From Chloroflexota bacterium (GTDB lineage Bacteria > Chloroflexota > UBA11872 > VXOZ01), in contig CAXXVD010000001.1 of the NCBI GenBank assembly GCA_963662335.2, positions 480,001 to 544,000 of the forward strand: DNA of 64,000 bases, given 5' to 3'. A program made the position numbers and the translations under genes. Below the pieces are notes generated by a model, which was not told the origin of the DNA, made no database searches, and saw only the letters and a program-made list of their open reading frames with translations. Shown one piece after another: positions 49,285-59,266 of the stretch. Position 1 is the first letter of the stretch. Each line of letters starts with the position of its first letter.

Positions 49285-49418
49285 GGCAATCCCTCCCAAA
49301 TTGCACAAGAACGACACTGTTTCCAGGCTACATTATAGCCGCCGCCGCAGGCTGTTGCAAACGGCGCGTCCCGCTCCAGCGGTTGCGCGTCCTACTCATG
49401 CCGCCGCGGCCGCCGGCC

Positions 49419-50354
49419 TTACGCGGTCACCGCGGCCTGCCGCGCCAGCACGGCCTCCGCTTCGCGGGTGGAACGGTCATGGTACTCCACCCAGTTCTCC
49501 AGCCCGTACTCGCGCTTGAGGCGGCTGACGGGCCAGGCGTCGTCGTTGGACTCCACCATGAACACGCCGTCGTCCCGCGTGCCGACGATCGTCACGCGCT
49601 TGCCGAAGTCCGTCTGCATCTGGCGGATCTGGTCGAACTGCAAGTCGTAGTGAAAGACCTCGGCTTCCAGGTCCACCGTAGCATGGGCCACGTGCACCCC
49701 CAGGCCGCTGGCGGCGATCTCGTCGCCCAGCTTGTTGATGATGCGGGAGCGGCCGCCGCTGACCGAGGAAACGGCGATGTAACTGTGCAGCCAGGCGTAC
49801 GCGCGCAGCCGCAGGCCGCCGTCGCACATGCTGGGAAAGACCACCAGTTCCGCGCCCGATTCGCCAATGCGCGCCCACTCCTCCGGGTAGTCCACGTCGA
49901 AGCAGATGAGCATGCCCACGTTCCCAAAGTCCGTTTGGAAGACCGGCACGTCGGTATAGACGCCGGGGATGGTGCCCGCTTCCAGTTCGCCGAGCGTGGG
50001 GTGAATCTTGTCGTACTGCCCGGCGACGTGCCCCCGGCGGTCGAAGAGCACGCCGGTGTTGAAGCGCTCGCCCCCGCGCACCTCGCACATGCCCGCGGCC
50101 ACGTACATGCCGTGTTGGCGCGCTTTCGCCGCGAAGAGGTCGGACGTAGGGCCGGGAATCGGCTCCCAGGCTTCCTCGCGGATGGCGGGCGGCACGCCCA
50201 AGAGGGTGAACTCCTCCGGCAAGCAGGCCAGGTCGGCGCCCAACGCGCCCATTTGGTCCAGCAGTTCAACCGCCAATTCGTGGTTGGCGGCAATCGACGG
50301 GCGTCCCCGCATGTGGCCGACACAGGCGGTCGCCACTAGGGCTTTGCGCGGCAT
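49419..50354 (-). CDS. Carbon-nitrogen hydrolase (nitrilase superfamily)
   Basis: Glu-Lys-Cys triad motifs LPEE, YDKIH and ICFD; AAGGAG RBS before ATG 50354. Confidence 0.88.
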   Translation of the reverse strand: MPRKALVATACVGHMRGRPSIAANHELAVELLDQMGALGADLACLPEEFTLLGVPPAIREEAWEPIPGPTSDLFAAKARQHGMYVAAGMCEVRGGERFNTGVLFDRRGHVAGQYDKIHPTLGELEAGTIPGVYTDVPVFQTDFGNVGMLICFDVDYPEEWARIGESGAELVVFPSMCDGGLRLRAYAWLHSYIAVSSVSGGRSRIINKLGDEIAASGLGVHVAHATVDLEAEVFHYDLQFDQIRQMQTDFGKRVTIVGTRDDGVFMVESNDDAWPVSRLKREYGLENWVEYHDRSTREAEAVLARQAAVTA

Positions 50355-50651
50355 GTTCTTCGCTCCTTGCTGACGGCGGCTGGTGCGCCAGGCGCAGTGT
50401 TGCTTCTTGCGCTTGAGTATACTCCAAATCGCGCGGCGTAGGGGTTCCGCCTTCTCCGATTTGGCCCCCTCGTGGTAGGGGCGCGACATGTCGTGCCCCT
50501 ACCCGTGAATAGGACCGGTCGGCGGAGCGCGGCGGGCCGGTTGCGCATTGTGAACTGTGCCTTGCGTCTTGTATGGTAGATACAAGGGGTCGCGTCCGGT
50601 ACGTTCACCTCCGTTTAGTGCGCGCGGCGCTCGCAACAGCGGAATCAACCC

Positions 50652-52118
50652 GTGGGCTTCACGATACTACACACCAACGACCTGCACGGCTTCGTGCGCG
50701 CCGCGCCGCGCCTGGCGCGGCACGTCCAGGACGCCCGCGCGCGGCTGGATACCGTGCTCTTCGCGGACGTGGGCGACTTCTTCCGGCTCAAGCGCCACCG
50801 GCGACCGCAGGACGACGACCGCGTAACGGCCTGGACGCTGCGCACGTTGGGTTACGACGTGGTCACGCCGGGCAACGCCGAACTCTCGCGCTTCGATCCG
50901 TGGCATCTAAACTTCCTGATCGCCCAGAACTGCGGCACGATGCTCTGCACCAGCGGCTTCAACGCCCGGCTGCCCGCCTCGTGCCGCCCCTACCGCCTTT
51001 TCACGCTGGACGGCGCGCGCGTGCTCTTCATCGGCGTCTGCACTGAGGATACCCACTGGGACCTGGCCGCGCCGGGGTACAACTTCTACTCTTCCGCCCG
51101 CCGTTCGGCCGCCAAGACCGCCAGTCTGGTAAACGCCTACCGCGACCGGGTGGACATGATAGTGGTGCTCTCCCACTCCGGCATGGCCCAGGACATCCTG
51201 CTGGCCGAGCAGGTGCCGGAAATCGACCTGATTCTCAGCGGCCATTGCCACCATCCCACCCTGCGGCCGCTCTCCGTTGGCAAGACGAAGATCGTCCAGG
51301 CCGGGCTCAACGGCATGTTCATCGGGCAGGTGGACGTAACACTCGGCAACGGCGGCCCGACGCTGGAGGCGAGCATGCACACCATCGACGCGGAGTCCCC
51401 GGCAGATGAGGTGATGGAGCGTTTGCTCCGCTTGCAGGGCCGGCGCAACGACCCGGACATGCTGCGCATCATCGGCGAGGCCGGCGAGAACATCGGACAG
51501 GGCTACCTGGCGAGCAACGGCCTGGGCAACGCCGTCACCGACATCTGGCGCGCGGCCACCGGCGCGGACATCGCGTGGACGAAAGCCACCTTCATCACCC
51601 CGCTCTTCGCCCCCGGCCACCAACTAACGGCCTGGGACCTCCAACTCTGCGTGCGCGGCTTTCCGCTCTCGAAACTGCTGACGCTGACGGGCGCGCAGGT
51701 GCGGCAGGCGCTGGAACACAGCGTGGCCGACCAGTCCTACGCGTTCTTGCCGCCGGACCGCCGCGACGAACTGGTGAAGCAACTCGAGGACGCCTCCGCC
51801 CTGCCGGGCTGCAACTTCCTCCACCAGTCCGGCATGCAGGTGGAAGTGGACTTGACCAAGCCTACGGGCGAGCGCGTGCAGGAAGTCCGCGTGGGCGACA
51901 GGCCGCTGCAACCGGACGCGACCTACCGCGTGGCGATGGACGCCTTCCACGCCCGCGGCGGCTCGGCCTTCACGATGCTGGCCGCGGCCGGCAGCCGCGA
52001 GGACCTGAAACTGGACAACCCGGTGGAAGCGCACGTGCGTGAAACCGGCACCCTGGAGGGTACGCTGGATGAGCGCTACCAAATCGTGGGGGCCACGGCC
52101 CTGGCGGCCATGGCCTGA
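50652..52118 (+). CDS. 5'-nucleotidase/UshA-like metallophosphatase
   Basis: ILHTNDLHG, DVGD, GNAE, LSHSG and LSGHCH, plus a C-terminal substrate domain (LTGAQVRQALE, TYRVA). Confidence 0.82.
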   Translation: MGFTILHTNDLHGFVRAAPRLARHVQDARARLDTVLFADVGDFFRLKRHRRPQDDDRVTAWTLRTLGYDVVTPGNAELSRFDPWHLNFLIAQNCGTMLCTSGFNARLPASCRPYRLFTLDGARVLFIGVCTEDTHWDLAAPGYNFYSSARRSAAKTASLVNAYRDRVDMIVVLSHSGMAQDILLAEQVPEIDLILSGHCHHPTLRPLSVGKTKIVQAGLNGMFIGQVDVTLGNGGPTLEASMHTIDAESPADEVMERLLRLQGRRNDPDMLRIIGEAGENIGQGYLASNGLGNAVTDIWRAATGADIAWTKATFITPLFAPGHQLTAWDLQLCVRGFPLSKLLTLTGAQVRQALEHSVADQSYAFLPPDRRDELVKQLEDASALPGCNFLHQSGMQVEVDLTKPTGERVQEVRVGDRPLQPDATYRVAMDAFHARGGSAFTMLAAAGSREDLKLDNPVEAHVRETGTLEGTLDERYQIVGATALAAMA

Positions 52119-52174
52119 CCATGAAACGGCCTAACTGTAGAACGGCCATATCATGGAGAAAAGCGCGGCGGCAT

Positions 52175-52259
52175 CCGTCATTCCCGCGAACGCGGGAATC
52201 CATCCGCTCTTGGTCGCGCACGGAACCAAGATGGATTCCCGCGTTCGCGGGAATGACGG
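52175..52259. repeat. Inverted pair of family C REP
   Basis: CCGTCATTCCCGCGAACGCGGGAATCCATC...GATGGATTCCCGCGTTCGCGGGAATGACGG; the linker is related to that of 845-929 in the opposite orientation. Confidence 0.9.
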
Positions 52260-52365
52260 TCCGGCGGCCGGTTTGCACCCTTTATCAGATTGAGGGCATG
52301 ATTCACTCCCTTGGGTGGCCGTCGCATGGCCAGGTTGATTGCCGTAGCATGAATGCCGCGCGCCC

Positions 52366-53238
52366 GTGACGCGCGCCCTGCTGGCGCTCGCCGCCCTCGG
52401 GGCGTTGGCCGTGGGCGCGTACGGCGTCTTCATCGAACCCTACCGGCTGCGCGTGCGGCGCGTGCGCGTGCCGGTAGACTCCTTTAGCGCGCCCGACACC
52501 GTCGTCCGCATTCTCCATCTCACTGATCTCCACCTGCGGCACGATGATGCGCGCCGCGTGCGCATGATCCGCCGCCTCGCCGATCTGCCACAGCCCGACC
52601 TCCTGCTGCTCACTGGCGACCTCATTCGCGGCGGCCCCGACCCGGACGCCGAATTGGCGGCGCTGCTGGCGGCGCTGGCCCCCATCCGGGCGCGCTACGG
52701 CGCGTACGCCGTGCTCGGCAACCACGACCACGTGCGCCGCCACCGGGTCACGAGTTGGCTGGGCGCGTCGCTGCGCTTCCACGATACGACCGGCTTGGAG
52801 CGCGCGCTCGCGTCCCAGGGCATCCGCGTGCTGACCAACGCCCACGCGACCGTGACCGTGCGCGGCCAGCCCCTAACGCTGGTGGGGGTTGACGATCCCT
52901 TCTACTGGCTGGACGACGTGCGCCAAGCCGCGGCCGGCGCGCCAACGGACACGCCGCGCCTGCTGCTGGCGCATACGCCCGACGTGGCGCCCACGCTGGG
53001 TGACGAGCGCTTCGACCTGATACTCTGCGGCCACACCCACGGCGGCCAGATCCGCCTCTCTGAACGCATCGTCTGGCACACGAACACGCGCATAAAGCTG
53101 CCGCGCAACGCGGGCCTGATGCGCCTGGGGCCGCACCGGGTCTACTGCTCCGCCGGCATCGGCGTCTCGGTGCTGCCTATCCGGCTCAACTGCCCGCCGG
53201 AAGTCGGCTGGCTGAAACTCACCGCCGCCACCCCGTAG
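52366..53238 (+). CDS. Metallophosphoesterase (YkuE/YaeI-like)
   Basis: TDLH, TGD, LGNHD, LLAH, CGHTHGGQI and RLNCPPEV. Confidence 0.88.
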   Translation: MTRALLALAALGALAVGAYGVFIEPYRLRVRRVRVPVDSFSAPDTVVRILHLTDLHLRHDDARRVRMIRRLADLPQPDLLLLTGDLIRGGPDPDAELAALLAALAPIRARYGAYAVLGNHDHVRRHRVTSWLGASLRFHDTTGLERALASQGIRVLTNAHATVTVRGQPLTLVGVDDPFYWLDDVRQAAAGAPTDTPRLLLAHTPDVAPTLGDERFDLILCGHTHGGQIRLSERIVWHTNTRIKLPRNAGLMRLGPHRVYCSAGIGVSVLPIRLNCPPEVGWLKLTAATP

Positions 53239-53418
53239 CGCGGGGGCTTGTCCCCCGCATCGGCCACCTGCGACACTGTAGCGCGGGGGCTTGTCCCCCG
53301 CCTGGGGCAGCGCGGGCCTGGGGCGGAACGGATGGATTCCCGCGCACGCGGGAATGGCGGAGGCTAACGCGCTGTTTCCATGGCAATGACGTAACGTAGC
53401 GCGGGGGCTCGTCCCCCG
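53235..53418. repeat. REP cluster, three family A and one family C
   Basis: Family A at 53235, 53278 and 53396; family C at 53331-53360. The TAG of the first REP is the stop codon of the upstream gene. Confidence 0.88.
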
Positions 53419-53523
53419 CAGCGACGGCTTGCGGCATCATTGCGCGCCGCCGTTGGCGGAGCGGCGTCCATGATGGTATCGTGCTGATAATCGTCACGGC
53501 AGCACCACTCACGCGAGGAATTG

Positions 53524-54741
53524 ATGAGCACAGCAGCAGTAGCAACCCGCGTCCGCGAACTGGAACCCGATCTCGTCGCCATCCGGCGGGAAATCCACCA
53601 ACACCCGGAAGTCGCTTTCGAACTGGACAAGACGACCCGCATCGTCGCCGACCGCCTGGCCGCGGCCGGTTGGGAGGTTGAAACGGACGTGGGCGGCCAG
53701 GGCGTGGTCGGCATCCTGCACGGCAGCGGCCCCGGCAAGGTGCTCGCCATCCGTCCCGATATGGATGCGCTCCCATTCCCCGACTGGAAGCAGGTACCGT
53801 ACGCCTCGCAAACGCCCGGCGTGATGCACGCCTGCGGCCATGACGCCCACACCGCCATCGGCATCGGCATCGCCGCGCTTTTGGCCGAGATGCGCGCTGA
53901 TTTTTCCGGCACGGTCAAGCTGCTGTTCGACCCGGCGGAAGAGACCGGCGGCGCGTCCGAGGCGTTGGGCGGCCCGCCCTGCGGCCCCAAGGCGCTGCGC
54001 GCGGCCGGCGTGCTGGAAAATCCCAAGGTGGACGCCCTGATGGGCTTCCACAACCTGCCGGAAATCCCGGTGGGCCAGGTGTGGGTGCGCCCCGGCGTCA
54101 TCTTCACCGGCTACGACATCATCGAAGTGGAAGTCACGGGCAAGGAGACCCACTCCGCCCGCCGCCATCAAGGCAAAGACGCGATTCTGGCGGCGAGCCA
54201 CGTCATCCAAACGCTCTACGGCGCCGGTTCCCGCCTGGCGCCCAACAACCAGGTGTTCTCGCTCAACGTCGGCCTCCTCGAAGGCGGCAAGGACTACAAC
54301 CTGATTCCGGCGACGGCAAAGATGAAAGGCTCCGTGCGCTGCGGCGATTTAGAAACCCGCGCGGGACTCGGTGAGCGCCTGGCCGCCCTGGTAGAAGCCG
54401 CCGCTGCGAGCGCCGACTGTACCGCGGCGTTTTCGCTGACGCGGGGCAATCCGCCGGTTGTCAACGATCCGGCTTTGGCCTCGCTCGTGCACGCCACCGC
54501 CGGCGCCGTCCTGGGCGCTGAGAACGCCGTGCAAATGGACGCGCCGCTCCTCATCGGCGACACCTTCTGCTTCCTGGCCGAAGGCGTGCCCAGCGTCTAC
54601 TGGCTCTTCGGCTCCGGCAACACCGAACGCGGCATCACCTACCCGCTCCACCACAGCCGCTACGACATCGACGAAGCCTGCATCGGCCACGCTACGCAGG
54701 TGGCGGTGGAAGCATCGCTGACGTATCTGAATAGCGGCTAG
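53524..54741 (+). CDS. M20 family amidohydrolase (Acy1/hippuricase-like)
   Basis: HQHPE, DMDALP, MHACGHDAH, PAEE and PLHH. Confidence 0.9.
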   Translation: MSTAAVATRVRELEPDLVAIRREIHQHPEVAFELDKTTRIVADRLAAAGWEVETDVGGQGVVGILHGSGPGKVLAIRPDMDALPFPDWKQVPYASQTPGVMHACGHDAHTAIGIGIAALLAEMRADFSGTVKLLFDPAEETGGASEALGGPPCGPKALRAAGVLENPKVDALMGFHNLPEIPVGQVWVRPGVIFTGYDIIEVEVTGKETHSARRHQGKDAILAASHVIQTLYGAGSRLAPNNQVFSLNVGLLEGGKDYNLIPATAKMKGSVRCGDLETRAGLGERLAALVEAAAASADCTAAFSLTRGNPPVVNDPALASLVHATAGAVLGAENAVQMDAPLLIGDTFCFLAEGVPSVYWLFGSGNTERGITYPLHHSRYDIDEACIGHATQVAVEASLTYLNSG

Positions 54742-54796
54742 AACGGCCGGTAAACGCTTGCGTTACTTCCTGCTGGACGCCTAATCTGCGTTTCAC

Positions 54797-54930
54797 TGTC
54801 ATTCCGAGCGCAGCGAGGAATCTGGAGTCCTTGCGGGTTACAGAGTTGTCAAGGATATTGCCTGGGCAGGGCAAGCCCGGCTCTCGCTTGCACACTGCGC
54901 CCTAGATTCCTCGCTGTGCTCGGAATGACA
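54797..54930. repeat. Inverted pair of family F REP
   Basis: TGTCATTCCGAGCGCAGCGAGGAATCT ... AGATTCCTCGCTGTGCTCGGAATGACA, between convergent genes. Confidence 0.85.
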
Positions 54931-54948
54931 TGACAATGTCAACGCTGC

Positions 54949-55383
54949 CTAATCGAGCGGCAGGTGCGCCAGCAACTCCGGTTCGATTTCTTCCAGCGGC
55001 AGCGGTTCGTGGCAGATGGTGATGCTTGGGCACGGCGCGGTGGGGAGCCAGACCGCGCGGGCTACCACCAGGTTGTCCGCGACGAAGAAGACCAGGACGC
55101 GGGCGCGCGGGTAGCGGGCGCGGAGGAAGGCGGCGAAGGGCAGGACGCGCGCGGTGCGTGCGGGGTCGTCGAGGCCGTGCCAATAGGCGACCGACGGCTC
55201 GTCCAGCGGCATGGCGATGAGATTGGCGACCGTCACCGCGCGCCGGTAGGCCGCGTCGTCTCCGGCCGCGGCCATGTTCTCCGGAACCAGCGAGAGGAAG
55301 GCGTCGCAGTTCCAGCTTTCCCGCTTCTGTTCGCGGGAGATGCGGTCCGCGGCGGCGCGGGCTTCGCGATTGTTGCCTGCCAT
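54949..55383 (-). CDS. Hypothetical protein, 144 aa
   Basis: ATG start, normal composition, fills the gap between REP clusters downstream of mutL; no motif recognised. Confidence 0.6.
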   Translation of the reverse strand: MAGNNREARAAADRISREQKRESWNCDAFLSLVPENMAAAGDDAAYRRAVTVANLIAMPLDEPSVAYWHGLDDPARTARVLPFAAFLRARYPRARVLVFFVADNLVVARAVWLPTAPCPSITICHEPLPLEEIEPELLAHLPLD

Positions 55384-55430
55384 GTACTGCGTCCGTCACT
55401 TTCTTGGGGACATCACAATTCCGCGCCCAT

Positions 55431-55615
55431 GCGGGGGACAAGCCCCCGCGCTACGGCGCCGCAATAGGCTCCCGCGCACCGTTCCGTCATTCCCGCGAAA
55501 GCGGGAATCCACCGGCAGGGCGGCCAAGATGGATTCCCGCTTTCGCGGGAATGACGGTCAGGCGGCCGCCTTCACACCTCGTCGCCTTCACATCCCCTCG
55601 CCTTCACACCTCGTC
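55431..55615. repeat. REP cluster (inverted family A, family C pair) followed by three 16-bp tandem units
   Basis: GCGGGGGACAAGCCCCCGCGCTAC from 55431; family C pair 55484-55558; GCCTTCACA(C/T)C(T/C)C(G/C)TC units at 55568, 55584 and 55600. Confidence 0.85.
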
Positions 55616-55632
55616 GTCGCATCCCGTCGCAT

Positions 55633-57339
55633 TCACGCCCGGCCGAACTCCCGCGCCAGTTGCGCGTGGGAGAGCCGCACCATGGTGGGCCGGCCGTGGG
55701 GGCAGGTGCGGGCCAGGTCGCAGCGTTCCAGAGCGCCGAGCAGCGCCGTGATCTGCTCGTGCGAGAGCGTATCGCCCGCCTTCACCGCGCCGTGGCAGGC
55801 GATCACCCAGCGCAGCCGTTCCAGCGGATCGCCGCGGTAGTCCGGGTTGTCCTGCTGTTCGATCACCGTCGTCACGAATTGCCCCCAATCGTGGCCCTTC
55901 TCCGCCAGGAAAGACGGCACCGCGCGCAGCAGCCAGGCGCCGCCGCCAAACGGCTCCAGGTCGAACCCCATGCGCCGCAGTTCCGCCGCGTGCGCCTCCA
56001 ACCATTGCACGTGGGCCGGCGCGAGCGCAAGCGGTTGCGGCTGGAGCAGCGGCTGGCTCTCCGCCGCCGGCAGGCGCTTGAGCACGGCCTCGTAGAGCAC
56101 GCGCTCGTGGGCCGAGTGCTGGTCTACGAGATACAGGCCGTCCACCCCTTCGGCAATCACGTACATAGCGCTGAGTTGACCCAGGATGCGCAGTTCCGGC
56201 GGGGCGGGCGCAACCGGCGGCGGCGCGCCGTTTGCGGCAGCCGCGTCCGCCTCAACCGGACGAAAGAGGTCTACCGCCCGTTCGGACTGGCCGGGCCCGG
56301 CCGGCGCCGCGTTTCCCCGCCAGGTGTCCAGCGGCTGGAAGCGTTGGCGCATCGGCTGCACGGCCACGTGCTCCGCCAGCGCCGTCCGCAGCACGCGGCG
56401 CAATTGCCCCACGGCGCGGCCCGTATCCCGCAGCCGGATTTCCGCTTTCTGCGGATGCACGTTCACGTCCACCTCTGCCCACGGCAGCGCCACGTCCAGC
56501 GCCGCCAGCGGGTAGCGCCCATCCGGCATGAGTTCCGCGTAGACGTCGGTCACGGCGTAGACCAGCGCCCGCTGCTGCACCCAGCGGCCGTTCACGAAGA
56601 GCGAGACGCCGGTGCGGTTGCCCCGGTGGACGGCGGGCTGGACGAGCACGCCGTGAGCCAGCGGGTCGTCCACGGCGATGAGTTGCTCGGCAATTTCGTG
56701 GCCGTGCATGGCGATGAAGACGTCCGCCATGCGCCCGTTGCCGGTGGACGCGAAGACCTCGCGCCCGTTGACGCTGAGCGTGAAGCGCACAGACGGCCGG
56801 CTCAGCGCCAGGTGCTGCACGCACTGCGCGATGCGCTGCGCTTCCGCCCGGGGGCTCTTGCAGAAAGCCAGCCGCGCCGGCACGTTGAAGAAGAGATGGC
56901 GCACGTCGATCGCCGTACCCACCGGCCCGGCGGCGGCTTGCAGCGCCTGCTGCTCGCCCCCTACGGCCGTGAGCGCGCGCGCGCTGCGGTCCTGCGCCGT
57001 GCGGGAGCGAATGTCCAGGTGCGCAACCGCCGCGATCGACGCCAGCGCCTCGCCGCGAAAGCCCAACGTGCGAATGGCTGCCAGATTCTCCACGCTGCTG
57101 AGCTTGCTGGTGGCGTAGCGGCGCAGGGTGAGCGGCAGGTCGTCCGCCGCGATGCCGGCGCCGTCGTCGGCCACGGCGATGCGGCGCAGGCCGCCCTGCT
57201 CGATGGTAATCGTGACGGCGGTCGCCTCCGCGTCCAGCGCGTTTTCGCACAACTCCTTCACCACCGAGGCGGGACGCTCCACTACCTCGCCCGCGGCGAT
57301 CTTTGCCGCCAACGCGGCAGGCAATACGTGAACGGCCAT
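55633..57339 (-). CDS. mutL: DNA mismatch repair endonuclease MutL
   Basis: IAAGEVVERPASVVKEL, TLGFRGEALASI, DVNVHPQK, DQHSAHERVLYE, ACH and CPHGRP. Confidence 0.96.
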   Translation of the reverse strand: MAVHVLPAALAAKIAAGEVVERPASVVKELCENALDAEATAVTITIEQGGLRRIAVADDGAGIAADDLPLTLRRYATSKLSSVENLAAIRTLGFRGEALASIAAVAHLDIRSRTAQDRSARALTAVGGEQQALQAAAGPVGTAIDVRHLFFNVPARLAFCKSPRAEAQRIAQCVQHLALSRPSVRFTLSVNGREVFASTGNGRMADVFIAMHGHEIAEQLIAVDDPLAHGVLVQPAVHRGNRTGVSLFVNGRWVQQRALVYAVTDVYAELMPDGRYPLAALDVALPWAEVDVNVHPQKAEIRLRDTGRAVGQLRRVLRTALAEHVAVQPMRQRFQPLDTWRGNAAPAGPGQSERAVDLFRPVEADAAAANGAPPPVAPAPPELRILGQLSAMYVIAEGVDGLYLVDQHSAHERVLYEAVLKRLPAAESQPLLQPQPLALAPAHVQWLEAHAAELRRMGFDLEPFGGGAWLLRAVPSFLAEKGHDWGQFVTTVIEQQDNPDYRGDPLERLRWVIACHGAVKAGDTLSHEQITALLGALERCDLARTCPHGRPTMVRLSHAQLAREFGRA

Positions 57340-57722
57340 GCGCTGCATCCTCTTCACCGGCGCCCACAGTCCCCTCGCCCGAGTGGAGAGACTGGGGAGA
57401 CGCGTAACAGTCGTTCGGGTAGATAGGTTACACATTTTGCTGCCTGTGGTCTACGGTTGCAACAGGTTGGAACGAAGCAGAATGTGATCCAGTTCCAGGG
57501 CATGGTCATCCTCCAGATGCAGATTCTCTATGCCCTATGGTGTAACCTATCTACGCGAGCATGTGTTACCTATCTCTCCGGTCTCTGCAAGGGAGAGGTC
57601 TCGGGTGAGGCTAGATCTCACCGTTGTCGCGCTAATTGGGTAGGAAAAAACCCTCAGAACCGCAGCATAATCGCGTTGCCGGCGCGCGGCGCAGGAACGA
57701 CGAAAGCGAGGAGCATGAGCGT

Positions 57723-59021
57723 ATGGGAAATCTCGCCCTTACCGGCGGCGCGCCCGCAATTGCAGAGCCGCTGGGCAAATCCTGGCCTATCTTCGACGAC
57801 GCGGAACGCGAATTGCTGCAAGGCGTGCTGGAGAGCGGCATCTGGTGGCGGGGCGGCCACGCCGACCAGGATGAATCCCAGGTGGGGCGCTTCGAGCGCG
57901 ACTTTGCGGATTTCCAGGACGCGCAGTACGGCATTGCCGTCGCCAACGGCACCGTAGCGCTGGAGGCGGCGCTGCGGGCGGTTGGCGTGGAGGCCGGGGA
58001 CGAGGTCATCGTGCCGGCCGTCACGTTCGTGGCTACCGCTTCCGCCGTGCTGCAAGCCAACGCCATTCCGATCTTCGTGGACTGCGATCCGGCCAATTAC
58101 ACCATCGACCCGCAGGCCGTGGCGGCCGCCATTACGCCCAAGACCCGCGCCGTCATGCCGGTGGACTACGGCGGCATGCCGTGCGACATGGACGCCCTGA
58201 ACGCCATCGCCAACACACACGGCATCGCCGTCGTCTCCGACTGCGCCCATTCTCACGGCTCGCAGTGGAAGGGCGTGGGCACCGGTGCGCTGGGCGCTTG
58301 CGGCGGTTTCAGCTTCCAGATGGGCAAGACCCTCACCACCGGCGAGGGCGGCATGGTTTTGACGAACCGGGAGGACGTGGCGCAGCGCGCGTCCTCATTC
58401 CACAACATCGGCCGCTATCCCGGCCGCCCGTTCTACGAGCACCACATCCCGTCCACGAACCTGCGCATGACCGAGTGGCAAGGCGCGATCGGCAACGCGC
58501 AACTGGCCCGCCTGGCGGCCCAGACCGCCGTCCGCGAGCGGAACGCCGCCTACCTGGCGGAGCAGCTTGCGCACGTCGCCGGCTTCGCGCCCGTCTACCG
58601 GGATCCGCGCGTCACCCGCTGGGGGTTCTACTTCTGGCACTTCAAATACCAGGGCGCGCAGTTCGGCGGCATACAGCGCGACACGGTCATCAAGGCCCTC
58701 AACGCGGAAGGATTGCGCGTCCACACCGGCCACACGCAGCCGGTCTACCGCAACCCGATCTTCCAGGAGATGAACTTCGGCCGCACGGGGCACCCGTTCA
58801 CCTGCTCCTTCTATGGCAAGGAGATCGACTATCGCACGGTCCACTGCCCGGAAGCGGAACGCATCTACGCGGAAGAGGCCCTCTGCCTGCCGCACGCTAC
58901 CTTCCTGGGTCCACGGAGCGACATGGACCGCATCCTCGACACTCTCCACAAGCTGGAGCGCAATCAGGACGAACTCCGCGCCTGGGAGCGCGCGAGCCAA
59001 ACCGCGGCCGCCTCTTCCTGA
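57723..59021 (+). CDS. DegT/DnrJ/EryC1/StrS family aminotransferase (RifK/BtrR-like subgroup)
   Basis: LALTGG, NGTVAL, GDEVIVP, DCAHSHG, FSFQMGKTLTTGEGG and NLRMTEWQ; GAGGAG RBS. Confidence 0.9.
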   Translation: MGNLALTGGAPAIAEPLGKSWPIFDDAERELLQGVLESGIWWRGGHADQDESQVGRFERDFADFQDAQYGIAVANGTVALEAALRAVGVEAGDEVIVPAVTFVATASAVLQANAIPIFVDCDPANYTIDPQAVAAAITPKTRAVMPVDYGGMPCDMDALNAIANTHGIAVVSDCAHSHGSQWKGVGTGALGACGGFSFQMGKTLTTGEGGMVLTNREDVAQRASSFHNIGRYPGRPFYEHHIPSTNLRMTEWQGAIGNAQLARLAAQTAVRERNAAYLAEQLAHVAGFAPVYRDPRVTRWGFYFWHFKYQGAQFGGIQRDTVIKALNAEGLRVHTGHTQPVYRNPIFQEMNFGRTGHPFTCSFYGKEIDYRTVHCPEAERIYAEEALCLPHATFLGPRSDMDRILDTLHKLERNQDELRAWERASQTAAASS

Positions 59022-59266
59022 GACGCTCCACGCGCGGGAGCGGTCATGATAGGGGTGACTCCGCGCAACCCGGTCAGAAGCGAAAGAAAACTTCCCTGTC
59101 ATTCCGGCTTTCGCCGGAATCCAGAGCGCCGCCTGCGGCCATTGCTCACCCAGTCTTCACTATTTGCCGGAGATATGGTAGTCTACGTCTCGTAGAAGAC
59201 CACCGCTCGTGGTTTCGAGTTTTGCGACACGCGGCACGCCATCAATCATGACAGGGAGCGCCAATC

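Noticed and set aside
55660-57426. Long antisense ORFs (also 2750-4624, 7045-8472, 24585-25829, 35707-37491, 62252-63559)
   Set aside because: Expected shadow frames in high-GC DNA opposite well-supported genes.
57404-57569. IS66-type element suggested by GTAA...TTAC ends
   Set aside because: No transposase remnant and no flanking target-site duplication; kept only as an unexplained structured element.
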